A stretch of DNA of 58,391 nt, counting the filler, from Sphacelaria rigidula (Eukaryota), in NCBI GenBank assembly GCA_964200075.2. It is 7 parts of 7 records of this genome, joined end to end, with 100 filler letters (N's around TTAATTAATTAA, not from the genome) between each part and the next. Parts side by side here need not be neighbours in the genome. Positions count along the whole stretch, not along the records: positions 1 to 8,256 come from CAXNAA020011757.1; positions 8,357 to 16,612 come from CAXNAA020011758.1; 5 more parts are not named here. One strand, 5' to 3'. Positions 1-13,639 of the stretch are shown here, piece by piece. A program made the position numbers and the translations under genes. A model generated the notes under the pieces. That model searched no databases and was not told the DNA's origin. It saw only the letters and a list, made by a program, of their open reading frames with translations. Each line of letters starts with the position of its first letter. The first letter of the stretch is position 1.

Positions 1-154
1 CGAGCGATTGGTAATCGCCGAGCGAGGACACACAAAGAACACGGGCGAGGAGCTTCCTCTCTGTCATTGCTTCTCTCTCTGGTGATATCGCCATCGGCAC
101 GCGTGTGCACCGCAGAGTGATGCTGCGATAGGGTCAGCACTTTTACGGCCTGGG

Positions 155-990
155 ATAAGAATTGTTAGGAACCCTTTATCTCATCCAAAACACGACTTTT
201 GAAATAGGTGAGAGTGCGCCAGGGTTTTTCTTCCAATTTGCTAGGGATATCCCTAATAAACTTGCAAACGGGGATACCCTCACCCATATTCTTGTGTAGT
301 TCCTAATTTGAGGAACCCCTGAATCAGGCCGGTTTTGGCCCCAAAAGTGCAGACCCTATCGCAGCATCACTCCGCATTCGTTGGGCGCACCTAGCCCGAA
401 CTGCCCAACTCCTCCTGCGGAGTGTTGGGGGAAAACACCTTCCTTTCGTGTTACTGTTTGGTATTTTCCCAACGGGAGCGATTTGCGGGTTGAACCTCAT
501 TTGATAGTTCAACCCCAAAAATTAGGATCGGCTGTTAATTCGTAAACTCCCGTGTTTGTAACATGGGGCAACACAAAACTGTATGTCGGCTTCTTGTTTT
601 TCTGGCACCTCAGAACTGAGTACCTGCTGCTCATATTGTAGTCGAGTTCCTCTTTTCATTTGATTGTACGGAAGTTCTTCACTGCCAACTTTCCAAGTGG
701 TGGGCGCATCTCTGTAACACAGACCTGTGCAAGCATAGACCACGGCCGAATGGATTCTACCGTATACATTATTGTTGTTCTCTTCATATGAGTGATGCTA
801 CGATAGGGATGCACAAACATTTTCTGAGGTTATAATTGTTAGGAGCCCTTTATCTAATCCAAAACACAACTTATGAAACATGTTAGAGTACGTCAGGATT
901 ACTATTCCAATGTCCCAGGGATATGTCAAATTCATTTGCAAACGGGGATGCCCTGGCCCATATTTTTGTGCGTCTACAATCGTTAGGAGC
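155..990. repeat. Degenerate repeat with two ~150-bp direct copies (~155-300 and ~830-990); related copy at ~25378-25530
   Basis: Shared string 'ttgttagga(a/g)ccctttatct(c/a)atccaaaacac...agggatat...tgcaaacgggga'. A similar string lies in contig 4. Confidence 0.6.
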
Positions 991-1259
991 CCATGAACCA
1001 GACACAATTTTGCGCAAAAAGTGCACCCCTACCGTACCATTGCTAATATAAAACCCTTCCGATATCTGTACAGCACTACTAATATTTCCACGCACAGTCT
1101 TTACCTGCATTCATTACGCCGCGGCCCAGCACTGACTATGTCCGGAAATTTTCTCTTCTTTCAGCGGCACACTGTTTTTACAGAGTACAGACAGTAGGCT
1201 GCCCGCGTCTTTACTATACATTCATTATCGAAAAGTACAGCGTTGAAGCATATCATCTT

Positions 1260-4200
1260 TGTTATTACAGTAACTTCAATCCATCAGCTCGCCCCGTTTT
1301 GAGTACCGGATTTTATTTTACATTCAAGTGTTCCAGCCCTCAAAAACATTTTTGTTCGGCCGCCTCGTACTTCGTTATTCAACCGCGGCTCTTTTCCTGC
1401 CGACCGTCCTCTTTAGTCACTGGGGCATTGTTGTACTCTGGTGCCCTCAATTACTACATCACGGCACTGTTCCTCGATTTGGAGCATTCCTTCGGGAACA
1501 AGCGCCCTTTACTCTCTCTGGTGACACAATTTTGCCCTGCATTCTAATTCGGCACACCCGTGGCACCTACCACACCTATGTTCCTCTTCTTGTTTAGCTG
1601 CTTGCGCTTATGGATCGTGCGAAATAGCTCTGATAACTGTTCTGAATTTTCCAGAACCGTACATACAACGCCGCCGACACACCCTCTCATTTTGTCGCAA
1701 CTCATCAGCCTGGCTTCCTCCTCCGGTTCGGGAGACCCATGGCCCCGCCGTACACGAAGCCAAACTAATCACCGTTCTCGCCACATCGGGAAAGGCGGTA
1801 TTTCACCTTCGACTCTACGACAACAACCCAAGAGCGCTGATCTATCTATGGAACTTGAAGACCAGCGGCCTGCGAAGTCAAGACTGCCTCACAACGGAAC
1901 ATTTCGTGGCGGCTCGACATCAGGCGCTGCTCTATCATAGACCAGCGGCCTTCAAAGCCAAGACTGCCTCACGACGTAACATTTCGTGGCGGCTCGACAG
2001 CAATTGCGGCTGCAGCACCCATGTCCCACGATGAAACATCCCGTGACGATTCGATACCGGCTAGTGCCGAAGCACCTCCCTCACTGAAAAATGCTCCCCC
2101 GGATGCCGTTCGTTCTAGGATCCGCGGCTAGGGTGGCGCCCTCAGTTGAGCCTATAGCGGTGGCTTCTTCCATGGCGCCCAGTTCGAAGACTATCAACGT
2201 TTCGCCAATCCCGTTGAAGGGGTTCGATTCCGGTGTTCGAAATACTGCCACGGGTGTTGCTTCTGTTGGAAGTCCTCACTCTACGACCTCTGAAAGTTCA
2301 ACGCGCCTTACCCTGTCATCTGGTTCTGGAGCCATGCTTGAGGCCATGACTTTGGCTCTCCAGAACTCAGCCAATGCTTCACATGACTCCGCAGACGATC
2401 CTGGTTCAAATCTGATCGCGGCACTCAAGACTCTTTACGATACTACGCTACATCCTCAGGCACGCCCCTCTTACGCGCATATTGTCCGCGGTGCTCAAAG
2501 TGCAGAGACCGCTGCCGCACGTCATGACCCCCCAGTCACCACTGCGCGATCTATACAACCCCCGAGAGGAAGGCACGATAGAGATCATTCTCGCGTATCT
2601 TTCGCTCCCTACGGAAGCGGGGCCCGTACCCCCCGCCATCATAAACCGACGCCGCGTAGTAGGCATGGCAACAACAGTCATCCCCGCGGGGATAGCCCAG
2701 GGCACAGCCGTCAACCCTCACGCGGTTCTCGATGACCGTCCAGTAATAGCGACACAAGTGGTTGCGTTCCGTCCATTAGTCACTCGCAACGCCGACAAAA
2801 CTTACGTAATGATCACACTGTGCATGTGGACGATGTCAGATGTATCCTTTCTGATCTATCATCGGATCCAGCTTCCTCGATAGAGGAAGTCAGCGGCGAC
2901 TCTTCTCACGAGCCCCGACGTCATCATAGTCGAACTCGATCTACCCGCGATATCCCATCCCGCTCCGCTGCCGCCGCTATCCGCTTGCTCCAACGGCAGA
3001 TTCATATTTGCGGCGCTCACTCAAGCACACCATGGAGCTTTCCAATACCTCGCCTATCGCCCCTTAGGCAACCACGGGGGCCACCACGGCGGCCACCACG
3101 GCAACGACTGCTCCTCCAGCCATGACCACTACCCCTCCGGTCGCTATCGCTGTCGCCCCGAACGTCACTGCGGCACCTTCGGTCGCTGCTACTGCCGCCA
3201 CTGCCGCCGTCGGCGGTACCCACACCGATGAGAGGTCTCCGGCCGGGTCCCCAACAACCCCCGTCGTCCTACCAACACAACCATAGCCGCAGCTGACTGG
3301 GGAGTGTCGCCCAGCGGGTTACCTTGTGTGCCTGTTAATGTAACACGATCGCGACGCCCAAAACCGCATCATCGCCTGCTACCGAGCCACCACCCCGGCG
3401 CCGATACCTGCGGTCACCACCCCGGCGCCGGCAGGTGCGGCGCCAGCATCTCGCGACGTGCGAGATGACCGCGCCGCCAACGAGAACGCAATCCTTCTCC
3501 TCCGCGAGGAATACAACACCCAGCAGTTCAATCCCCAGCGAAACGTGGACACCGTCATCGCCGCACACTCCGCTGCCCTTCGGGCTCACACCGAACACCA
3601 ATCGGTCATTGAAGCCAGCCGACGCAAGGCTACGGAGCTTGCTACGCACATCACCCGGACCGCTGATCACGCAAAATCCGCGGCGACCCTGCTTAGCGAT
3701 CATCAGGCCGCTCGGGTTCGCGCCACGTCGCTCCAAGATCCGCAGCACCCTCGGCGAACCTCCGCGTCTTTTCCGCCATCGGGCCCGGCCTCTTCTTCCT
3801 CTTCGGGGTACCGTATTCCCGTAAGTAGGAAAACAAGGCATGCGTTGTTGCCACTGACACTAAGGCCGATGACCGGCCTGGTCTCGCCCTTTCCTCCCAC
3901 GAGGTCACTTGGCTTGTCCATGCTGTCCGCGACTTCTCCGCAGACGTTTCTGTCGACAACTCCCTACAGAGCTCCAAGGACACTTGGACCACCGTACACC
4001 ATCGAGTTCTCGTTGCCTAAGGCTTGTACCTTGACCAAGGCGCATGCGTCCCGGACTCCGATCTGCATTCCCTGACGCTCGCCCAGTTCGTGGCGCACGC
4101 GCAGACTGGCCCCAATGATGGCGCCGGTGCCCACAACAAGACAGTACGTGGCCTTTTACAGGCCTTACGAGATGCATTCCAGTCGGGCACCTCTGCTGAC

Positions 4201-7200
4201 GACGATCACAACAATGACGAGGACACCTGGACTCCCGTCACCGCGAGCTTCCGGCCGCGCAAACGCGCCCCCAACAATGATGACCATCAGGGCGGCGGAC
4301 CCGGTCGTCACCGCGACGGTTCCGGATCCTACGGCGGAGGACGAAGAGGATCCGGTTCACGCCGAACGGACCGGTCCCGACAATTTCCGAGCCGCAAGCG
4401 TACGGGCTCCGGCTCTTCGGGTCTTTTGGCAAGCCCCGCAATAGGACTCGGTCAACAATGGACCCGCCACCGGTCAATTCTATCAACATCAGGCAAGAAA
4501 CACCTCGTTTGGCTGATGTTTCCCGCGACATATTAGGTTTGTCTGATACTGAAAACAAAGATCGACCTTTGTGTTTTACCTCGGCCCGCACTTGAGCTGC
4601 CGCCGCGGCTAGCCAAGAACAACTGCACCTCGTGAGGCTGCAGCAGCTGCTAAGGCTGAGGCTGCTCGAGTAGCAGCTATTCAGAGAGAGTGCATTCAGA
4701 TGGGTGTCAAGAAATTTTGGCATGTTGAAACCATGCCTGCAGCGGACAATGAGGACGCGGGACAGTTTACCTCTGGTCTAATTCACTCCGTCCGTCGTAC
4801 CGTACGAAAGTTTCTGCAATCAGCGGATTGCACGGGTGCTCGGCGCTTTGAAGATCCCGTTTGGGAAGATGGTTGGCAGACGCCGCGACACAACGCCTCA
4901 CACCGCGCCATATATCATCGCTCGCCTGACATTGCTGCTTCATTGACGCAGATCTTCGACGGATTCATCTCAGCGATGGGTCAGGACCATGCCCCGGGGC
5001 GAGCTGCGCCGGCTCTACTCAGTAGTCTGGAGCGACTTTCAACTGCTTATTTCGATCGGAGTACCCAAGGCAATTCCATTCAGCGTCTAAGCTTGTTCGG
5101 TATAGCCACGGACGTCCCCTTTCCCGACTACCTTCGTCAGTTCAAGTTGTTGTTGATTTCCAGCACTTTGGGAACCGGACGCCAGAGCGGCCCTTCTGAT
5201 TCTATGTGTCAGCCGGGTGTCCGTGCGCGTTTTTCTGAGCAGTTTCCGGCACTGATGCCGTCGTTGTTTCCGGGTGCCTTGCACACCGCTAGGTGCCTTA
5301 TGCCTCTGTAGACGCAATGTGGACAGCTTTTGTTCATCAAGGAAGTAAACTCACTCCCGCCCTTGGGCGTGATAAGTATTTGTCTTCGCGTTTACAGCCT
5401 GCCGCTGTCTCCTCCGCGAATACCTACGCGTGTCGCGGACGGAACTCGAGCTCATCTCGTGCTACATGGACCCTGACTGTGTCGTTGGCTCAGTAATGAG
5501 TGTGAGGAGTAACAAAGACTCGTTCTGCGCGAGTTTTGACGGATGGCCGTACTTTGAAGAGACATGGGACGATGTTTATTTGACTTCCACAACAGCTTCT
5601 ATCACGAATGATCCCCATTTGTGGAACCCGCTTCTGTATTCTTCGGCTAGACGCGACCCTTCCAGCCGCCACGTCAATAGCTGCATCAACTGCATGGTAC
5701 AAGGCCACAGAATGCGTGACTGTGACAACTCATGCATCCACGCATTCGATCTCATAAACCCTGACCTGCAGAACAATGAGCTCGCGTGGCGCCGATGGCT
5801 AAAACGAATGCGCGACGATCATATCCCAGATCGAAATCATCGTAACCATTCAAACACTCGAGGCAACAATCGCTCTAATCGCCGACAAAACATCAACCAT
5901 AATTTTGGCTCTCCCTAAAGAGATAACACCTGTCGCGCCAACCGTGGTTCCGCTGATAGACACCAGCGGACAGGACCGACACATAGCTCGAGCTCCAACA
6001 CCAGAAGTCCTGATATCTTCACTTCGGATCGCACAGACCCATGATGTGCCAACGGAGGCGTTCTAAATTCTTCGGCGCCACGGACAGCACTTTCGAAAAC
6101 GTTTTTAACGCAGCCCACGGAGCACGAGGCTAAGATTGCTCGCCGGACTCCCCCGGCATTATGCAGGAGCGCAACTGACGGCCGTTCATATCGACCCCGG
6201 TCTCCACCCCTCCACACACCGCGTAACAGTTGTGTTGCCCTGCGATTCAAACCTACACTCGGCCCTGGAAATGGTCATTCAGTACCGAGTATAAGTCTGA
6301 GGTCTGGGAGCACACCCGCGTCAGTCCCTGAGGCAAAGGCTTCCCTCAGCAACCGCACGCACAGGTAGTAGCATGCCTTTTTCAGCTGACCCAAGTGTTG
6401 CTGATTTGAACTTGACCACTTCGGATCATGTAATACCCAGCCAGTTAGATCGAGCTCCTTCCCCGCGATTTTCAACACCCGCGGAGCTACGCTTGGTCGG
6501 TTCTGACAGCACCCGCCCCCAAATTACCTTTGACTATGATTCTCCAGCCAAGCTTGCTTACGGAAAGCCCACAAGTTTCGCCTAATCATGCCCCGATGCT
6601 GACCCTATCCACCCGACTGGACGCAGTTGTGGCATCCCAACAAATTTTGGAAGTTCCCTGACCTCCGTCAGGGCGAAGGAGGAAGCCCCGTAGGGATGCC
6701 CCCAAGGAAGCACGCGCATCATCAAGGACATCTCTCTATAGCGGAAAACCTCGATCTCAATCTCTCCACAGTGCGACGACTTTGAGTTTGACGGCTTTAT
6801 CAAGCATCACGGAAGAAACTACATCAAATATTTCTGACGCCACTGCTTTTTCAATCGACGACCACAACAACGCACAATCTGGATCCCCCTTGGATGTTGA
6901 TGCCTGCCTACCCAAGACCGTTATTCACGGAATCGCAAACGGTCAGTCTAACCGTGCCGCACCTGGAAAGAATATACCGCCCACCACCAAGAATACTCAA
7001 GCAACCGTAGCTGCTTCCCACCTACGATACAACGGGAGTGTTGGTATTACACTCTCCGACGATCCTCAACTTTTAGAAGTCGCACTAGTTCACCGGAATA
7101 GCATGCCTGCACTTACGGGTCACTATCTTGCCGAAATCTTACCCCGTATTGACGCACCGGCCGACGCAGAACATTTTGTCTCGGCGGGAAAACTACTCCT

Positions 7201-8186
7201 CCCTCTCACGTGCCATGCTAAGTTGGAACCTGGCAATATTTTAGGGATCGCCACTGCTTCTCTGATGCACATCCCACTCGAGACGTGCCTATCAGAGCCT
7301 GCCGTGCCAAATGCAACACCCCCGGCGGAATCTTCTGCCCACTGTGTCGATGAACCCTATTTTGATCTCGCCTCTGCGACTCCATCCCAGGTCTACACCG
7401 TGAATCTTGCCCAGTCAACTTCCGATCCTCCTGCTGAAGTGCTTCATCGCTCATCACTAGGCTCTCGGGATAGTATCTTGCAAATGTGGGACCAACTGCC
7501 GCCAGATTTGTGTGACACCCATTTTGACCTTCATGGGCCCGACTGGGAACCAGCAGTCATCCAAGAACTCGGCGATGTCGTGCTACAGAACAAAGACCGA
7601 TTTTCTTGATCCAAGTCGGATCTTGGGCATTGTGAAACGCTGTCCTTTGAGGTTACACTTCAACCCGGCGTCTCGCAAATCTCTTCTCGATCATACCGGA
7701 CGAACCCAGTCCTTACCAAAAAGTAATTGCCAACTTAGATGCATGTTTGGGAGCGGGTTTAATACAATATTCCTCTTCTCGTTGGACCTCGCCACTTGTG
7801 GTCGTCCCCAAAAAAGATGGAAACATAAGCATAACCGTGAACTACCAACGATTGAACCGCGTCACTGTTGTTGGTGAAAATTTCCAACCCCCCGCCTTGA
7901 TGAAGTCTTCGACTCCTTAGGCGAAGGAAAAATATTACAGCACCTTCGACGTCGCTTCTGGATTCTTCCAGAATACTATCCACCAGGATACAGCCCCACG
8001 TACGGTAGTTGTACCTCGTCCGGACTCTACGAATGGCTTCGAATGCCACAAGGCGCTGCTACTGCTCCAACATGCTTTCGACGCTAAGTGCAACGCGTCA
8101 CAGAGGGCCTCAAGCACATTATCATGTACCTAGATGATACTATTGCTTTCGATGCCTCACCCATTGCACATATCCACACTTTACGA
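1260..8186 (+). mobile_element. Decayed Ty3/gypsy LTR retrotransposon, 3' part missing; 5' boundary approximate
   Basis: Gag zinc knuckle CINCMVQGHRMRDC (~5682-5723, CX2CX4HX4C) followed by a frameshifted RT (WTSPLVVVPKKDG, VNYQRLN, FDVASGFFQ, GLYEWLRMPQG, MYLDD). Many stops and frameshifts. Possible LTR start TGTTA at 1260. Confidence 0.88.
1860..1999 (+). repeat. ~60-bp direct repeat, 80-bp period, inside the LTR element
   Basis: 'gaccagcggcct...aagactgcctcac...aacatttcgtggcggctcgaca' at 1860 and 1940. Confidence 0.85.
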
Positions 8187-8190
8187 GAAT
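7560..8190 (+). pseudogene. Ty3/gypsy reverse transcriptase, frameshifted and truncated
   Basis: RT motifs spread over several frames, ending 'MQRVTEGLKHIIMYLDDTIAF'. Homology stops at 'gaatttcatacg', probably the end of another insertion. Confidence 0.9.
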
Positions 8191-8256
8191 TTCATACGTC
8201 GGACGAGCACGAGTGTCACTCGTGGCACTCGTGCTCGTTGGGCTGCTCGTTGGCCG

Positions 8257-8356
8257 NNNNNNNNNNNNNNNNNNNNNNNNNNNNNNNNNNNNNNNNNNNN
8301 TTAATTAATTAANNNNNNNNNNNNNNNNNNNNNNNNNNNNNNNNNNNNNNNNNNNN
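8257..8356. other. Artificial assembly linker N44-TTAATTAATTAA-N44
   Basis: 100-bp spacer with a six-frame stop core. Identical linkers recur every 8356 bp. Confidence 0.98.
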
Positions 8357-8445
8357 CCTTCCTCCTGTGTGACCCCGGCTGGTGCGCCCACATATACCGA
8401 AAGGTGTAGACCGGCGTCAAGAATAGATGGGACAACACACACAAC
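8357..8445 (+). mobile_element. 3' end of tRNA-headed SINE family B
   Basis: Matches 45300-45390 and 50840-50935 ('cctcctgtgtgaccccggctggtgcgcccacatataccgaaaggtgtagaccggcgtc...aatagatg'), ending in a CA-rich tail. Confidence 0.8.
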
Positions 8446-9716
8446 TCACGATCATGGTCTTCCCTGTTGCCGGAGGCTCCCACCACCACATGCACCGGCG
8501 CTCCAAATAACGGCTCGTGATTTAATACCGGGAAGGATCGCTCGTAAGCTGGAAACGTCAAGGGAACATCAAGGAGGACGACCGAAATGGACGGGGGGGA
8601 GGGGGGGGTGGAGGCATCATATAAATTGCACATGAATTTCATGATCTTGTGTTTCCCCCCATGCTTTCTTGCGGCAATCAACACATAGAGGGATCTCAAC
8701 GGGCGTAACAAATGGGCGGTGACTTTCCTCTCGGGGTATTCTCCCTTCGACCCTTTTCACCGCAAAGTAGTCGCTTTGAGTCCATGCACGCCAATAATGC
8801 GAAAACGATTATTTCTCTGCTCAGAATTTTCTTTGTCTAATAGCCGTTTTGACCGCAGGGTAGTCGCCGTGAGTCCATGTGCGCCAAATTTTCGAACGCT
8901 TGCGATTGATCTTCATATATTGACGCTCATGCAGTGAATCTCCCAAAATCTTCGCAATCGGTCAGTCTAGTTTTTTTTTCCAATAAATGTTCCGAGAACA
9001 ATGGACATCTAGAAGGCCCCAACACATTGTCGTGTTGATCAGGGCGAATATAGTCCCTACCGCTCACCACTTTTTACCATGAAGCTACGGAACAAACAAC
9101 GCCGTCGAAGCTTCACGCACCAATGATCATAAAAAAAAAAAACAGGTCGAGAAGTGGGAAAATGACTATGCGCACAAAATATATAAATGCCTCATCATGA
9201 ACCTCCCGTAAGGGTGAGCAAGCAGCACGGGCAGCCCCTCCTCGCGATCTGATCCATACGCCTACCTCGACATACTCCATACTTCTCAGGAGCCCAACAC
9301 TGGATTGAGAGTGGCGAAAGCTCTCTCTCTGTTCAGGGTTTGCAATTGCTAGTTCAACGAGCGTGGCACACAGATGTATGGCAAAAACGAAGGGAGCAAA
9401 GTGCCCCCCCTCCACCCGTACATTAGCTCAGAAAAGCTTGCATCGGCGACAAATATGTGCGAGACAAATGAACGGCACCGGCATCGCTCATCACAGACGT
9501 TAATGGTTGATTTGATTTGATTTGATTCGATTGGCGCACTTTAACTGACACCCCAGAGATCCAGCCGCGGTCGCATGATAGATGATATGATAGATGTACC
9601 CAAGACACAACAACACTGAAATAGCTTCATCATCACCGATGTCAATGATGGAGCAGTGGTACAAGAAAACGACCGGAATCGGAGTTTAGCGAAAGTGTTC
9701 CCGACTGTGTTCTCAC

Positions 9717-9894
9717 CATGTACGTGTCCCGTGATAACTAAGGCGATCCTGTGCTCAAACAGCAGAGGCTCAATCGTGCGCATGGCCGTGTCCGCCTGCC
9801 TCTCTCCTTGGTGTTCCGAATTGGAATTATGCCATGGGCAATGGAACATGGCCAATATCCACGGCGTTGAAGTCCGGTCTACGTTCGCCAGGTC
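9717..9894 (-). pseudogene. Purple acid phosphatase (metallophosphoesterase) exon or remnant; decayed PAP-like sequence may extend ~9600-10750
   Basis: Translation DLANVDRTSTPWILAMFHCPWHNSNSEHQGE...EPLLFEHRIALVITGHVH has the PAP VDRxxTPW, xxHxPW and GHVH motifs. Flanked by cag and gtgaga. Flanks show only broken motif traces. Confidence 0.75.
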
Positions 9895-12800
9895 CTGCAC
9901 GAGAAGTGAAGCCACATCCATGTGGAATCGAGCACGGCAAGCGAGGGCAAGGAGCAATGCCCAGCAAATTACCAACATCGGGTCATGAGGAAGCAGCAAT
10001 GCACGCTATTCTCGGTCACTCCCGCCGAGGACGGCGGATGGGTAACGTTCGGGAGCTACGTGACTGATTTCGGAGCAATAGCGATGTGGGGTGCATGGCT
10101 CGGAGTTTTGATTGTTCCACCAAGAAGCTGCCAAGGATATTCACAGGCTGTCTTCGCGGCTAAACTACTGCAGCGGCGACTAGTTGTAAAAAAATCGGTA
10201 AGATAATTAGTCGACAGATTCCTGCGGCGCGAACCCAGCGCACCAGTGATTACTTGCTCGTCGCCCGTCAAGCCAACAGCGTGAGATCTGACACCAGCAT
10301 CTGCCTACTGCATAGGCGCCTTTTGTGCCCATTACCATCGTGTAGCGGTGGGTGCTGACAGACCATCGAGAGCAAGATACGTCCGCATCGAGCTCAGTAC
10401 AAGCAGAATAACGCGATCAGGTCAGTATCAAGGTTTGGTCGCATGGCACCTACTGTGCGAAAATTCGAGAGGGGTACTGGGTTCTCACTGTCCGCAGTCC
10501 CCAGGACCCAACCTTTGTTCGTCGTGTTTGTCACATGGTGATCAATCCGAAGTGTGTGCGAAGCAATCTACACCAGTGTTGCGCTTGATCGGTCCACACA
10601 CCACATACACGTCTGAGGGTATCAGTTACGCGGGAATTCGGAGGTCCCCTCTGCATTGGTTCTCGACGGGGTATTTTTCTGTGGTGAATGACGCCGAACC
10701 CCCATGGCCACTAAGCTGTCGTGATGGTGAGTGTGACGCCATGAGTACATGCGCACGCGGATCCAGAGATGCACGTCCTCGTTGAGCTCCTGTCTATAGC
10801 GCACCTTGATAGGAAGGGATGAGTGCGTTGTGGCGACAGCATGTTTTACCGTGGAGGCAGCTACAGCACGATAAGAGAGGCTCGAGAAGTTATTTGCAGC
10901 CGGGTCTTGAAGTTCGGACTGGTTTTGGAAGCATGACATTGTGGTGGAGATATTTGTAGCTGGAAGGACTCGGAGGGAATATGGGGGGGAGAAGAGGTGA
11001 TAAGATCCTAGTGTTGAGCAGTGAAAGTTATCCGCGGAATTCTGATGAAGTACTCGGAGCAGATAAGTGGTCTGTCATCTAGGTCCTGCGCATGAGTCTG
11101 GAGAGATGTGAGGTACGGGCGGCTCGTGGCGATCTTGCCCTGACGGCACTGGACCTACTACAAGGTCATCAGGCCAGACCGTTCCGTGTCTAGGAACGCA
11201 ATGTTGCTGTCTCTCATGACGGAGTAGGATGGTGCTGGTTGCTTCATAGGCTTCGATTCGGTGTAGAAACATGCTCTCCGCGACATGTGTGGAGAAAAAG
11301 GCAACCCGTGACTGCTGAAAACTATACATGTGATGTAAATATCCATGACGTGTCACAGGCACCGTGTACGGCTGTATCAGATGAGCAGAGTGCGCACATG
11401 ACAGATTTCATTAAAAAAAAACGGAATCGGATGTAGCCATGCGCTCCATAAATCCATACCCTTAAAAGTTGCAGCTCTTCGGGACGACCTACGGTTTTCA
11501 AAATTGATTTCTTCGTACATAATTTTTTGGAACAATTTACACTCCGAAACTTAATTTCAGAGCATTGTGCCAGCTACGATGTTCTGCAAGGATTCCAAAA
11601 AGAAGGAGCACAAGAATGGGACACCTTGTTCGTGTCATTGAGTGCTATTGTGGCGGGATGGAGCTGCACACGCCCCTGTCTCAACTCCAGCCGTACCACT
11701 CTCGAAGAAACCTCCGCATCGACAAGGGAGATCAGATATTGTCTGGTGGCATACAGCGCCCGTACAACCCACACCGAACCCCCACGGTGAGCACCAGCAG
11801 TCTGACGTTCTCGCCAAAAAGCGCACTGCCTCGGGCAAAGAAACGCGAGCTGACCGGGGCAAGTCGAACCGCACTTGCGATGCCCTGCCCTGCGCATCGA
11901 CCCGTTCTCCGGATCTCAAGAGGTTCCCGAGAGGTGTGGAACCTAAGTTGGCGGGAGACTTTGGAATGGGAGAAGGACGACATATATTCTTTTGGGCGCG
12001 CGTCACAGAACTGTCAAATAGTGGGAAGGTCGCCTCACGCAAGGCGGAGATCGCGGCTGTAATTTTTGGGAAGCAACATGCGTCCTTGCCTTCTCTTCAT
12101 TTTTCATTCGTACTTTGCTTTCCATCTTCACTTTCGCCATTTCCTTTCTAATTTTTTTCCCATTTTCTTTTCTCTGTTCTTTTATTTTCCTTTGTAGCCA
12201 CGGTGTTCCCTTTCCCGCCCTCGTTCTACTTTTCCTCCCTTCGTTTCTTCCCTCCAAGTCATAAACGTGTTCGTGGTGTTCGTGTCTACTTCCTGCGAAG
12301 CTAACGTTTGAGAGTTCCTGCCCTAGTGCGGTCTCCGGGCAGCTGGCGCACACCCTACTCCCACGGCCTTGCTTCCTGTGGGGCCTCCTCACCGAAAGGT
12401 CCCGCTGGAGCCGTTGAGGTTTTTCAAAAACAGTACTGTACTACTTCTTAGACTGGAGTGGCTGCTTTGTTTTTCTGGTCGATTTTCTTTACGCTTCTTC
12501 ATTTCCCCCTTCTCTCGAGTTGCCTCTATTTCCGTGCATGCCTCTTGGATACGTCTGTTTTTTCACCACGGCTGGATTTGTGGAGCATAACATTGCGCGG
12601 TACAATCAATCAACCAATCAATTGATCAGCCCGTGAGGGTATGTGGTCGAGCAGGCTTTGACGGAACATCGAGCTTTTAGTCTATGATCGTGCTGGCCGA
12701 GCTGGACCGACCGGGTAAAGGCTCAGTGGCGTTGGTGTGTGGGGTGTGAGCTCCGGCTGCGCTGCCCGAATCGATGCGAGGAGGCATGATGGTGTGAACC

Positions 12801-13259
12801 AAGGGCTTGACTTCGTGGTGCAGTCAAACCCTACAGACAGACCTCAGCATGATGCAGTTCAGGGTTGAGTGAACACAGAAAAAAAGGGTGTACATTACAG
12901 GCTGGCCGCTCGCGCACGGTTTTTTTGCAGGGCCAACGATGTGGTTGGTAAATACTAGGCTCAACGACGGACACATGGTGTGTTTCGTGCAGCTAGCCCG
13001 ACGACACAGCCGGAAAACGTATCATGGTTTCGGTCCGTGAAGCACTGTAGGGTGTACATCATGTTCGAGCCACAAGTAAGAACTACTTCATTGCACAGGC
13101 ACCGAGAGCACTACTGCTGACACGGAAACAACAAATGAAACAGGGAATCTTACCCTCGCGAGCACAAAGCACTTGAGTTGGTATCCTGAACCGCTCGTGC
13201 CTGAACAAGAGCGAACCCCAGCACCACCTGACTCCGTTTAGTAGTGCTGCATATTAATT

Positions 13260-13579
13260 TATTGCTTTTTGTTTGTCACGCTTTGAACCCCTCCCCTTCC
13301 TCGGGATGCGTCGGTGGCCTCAAGGGATCAACCCATCTCTCCCCCGGTACACGCCTTGCATTTCGGTCTCGAGGATTGGGTCATGACTATCACCACTCCC
13401 GCACCGCGTTAACCCACGTCAAACAAACTCAGTCGACTACTTTGTTTACTCGCGTTCTCAAACTTTCCACAGGGGAAATCAGATATTGCGAGGAAAAAAA
13501 CAAACGCATCCGGAATCGAACCCTCGTTCTCTCCACCCTCATGGCGACAGCCGGACCATTCATTACACCACCGCGGCGC
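13260..13579 (-). mobile_element. tRNA-headed SINE (family C)
   Basis: Minus strand has an A-box-like TGGTGTAATGAATGG and B box GGTTCGATTCC, a ~250-bp body and an A-rich tail. No closing acceptor stem, so not a tRNA gene. Confidence 0.65.
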
Positions 13580-13639
13580 GGCGGCTCAAGTATAATTGCA
13601 AGGATTTGAATCAGTCATGAACTGGCATCACACTGCTCA

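Noticed and set aside
13505-13579. tRNA gene (also 50580-50650)
   Set aside because: A/B boxes are present but there is no complete cloverleaf, and the sequence continues into a repeat body and tail, so these are SINE heads.
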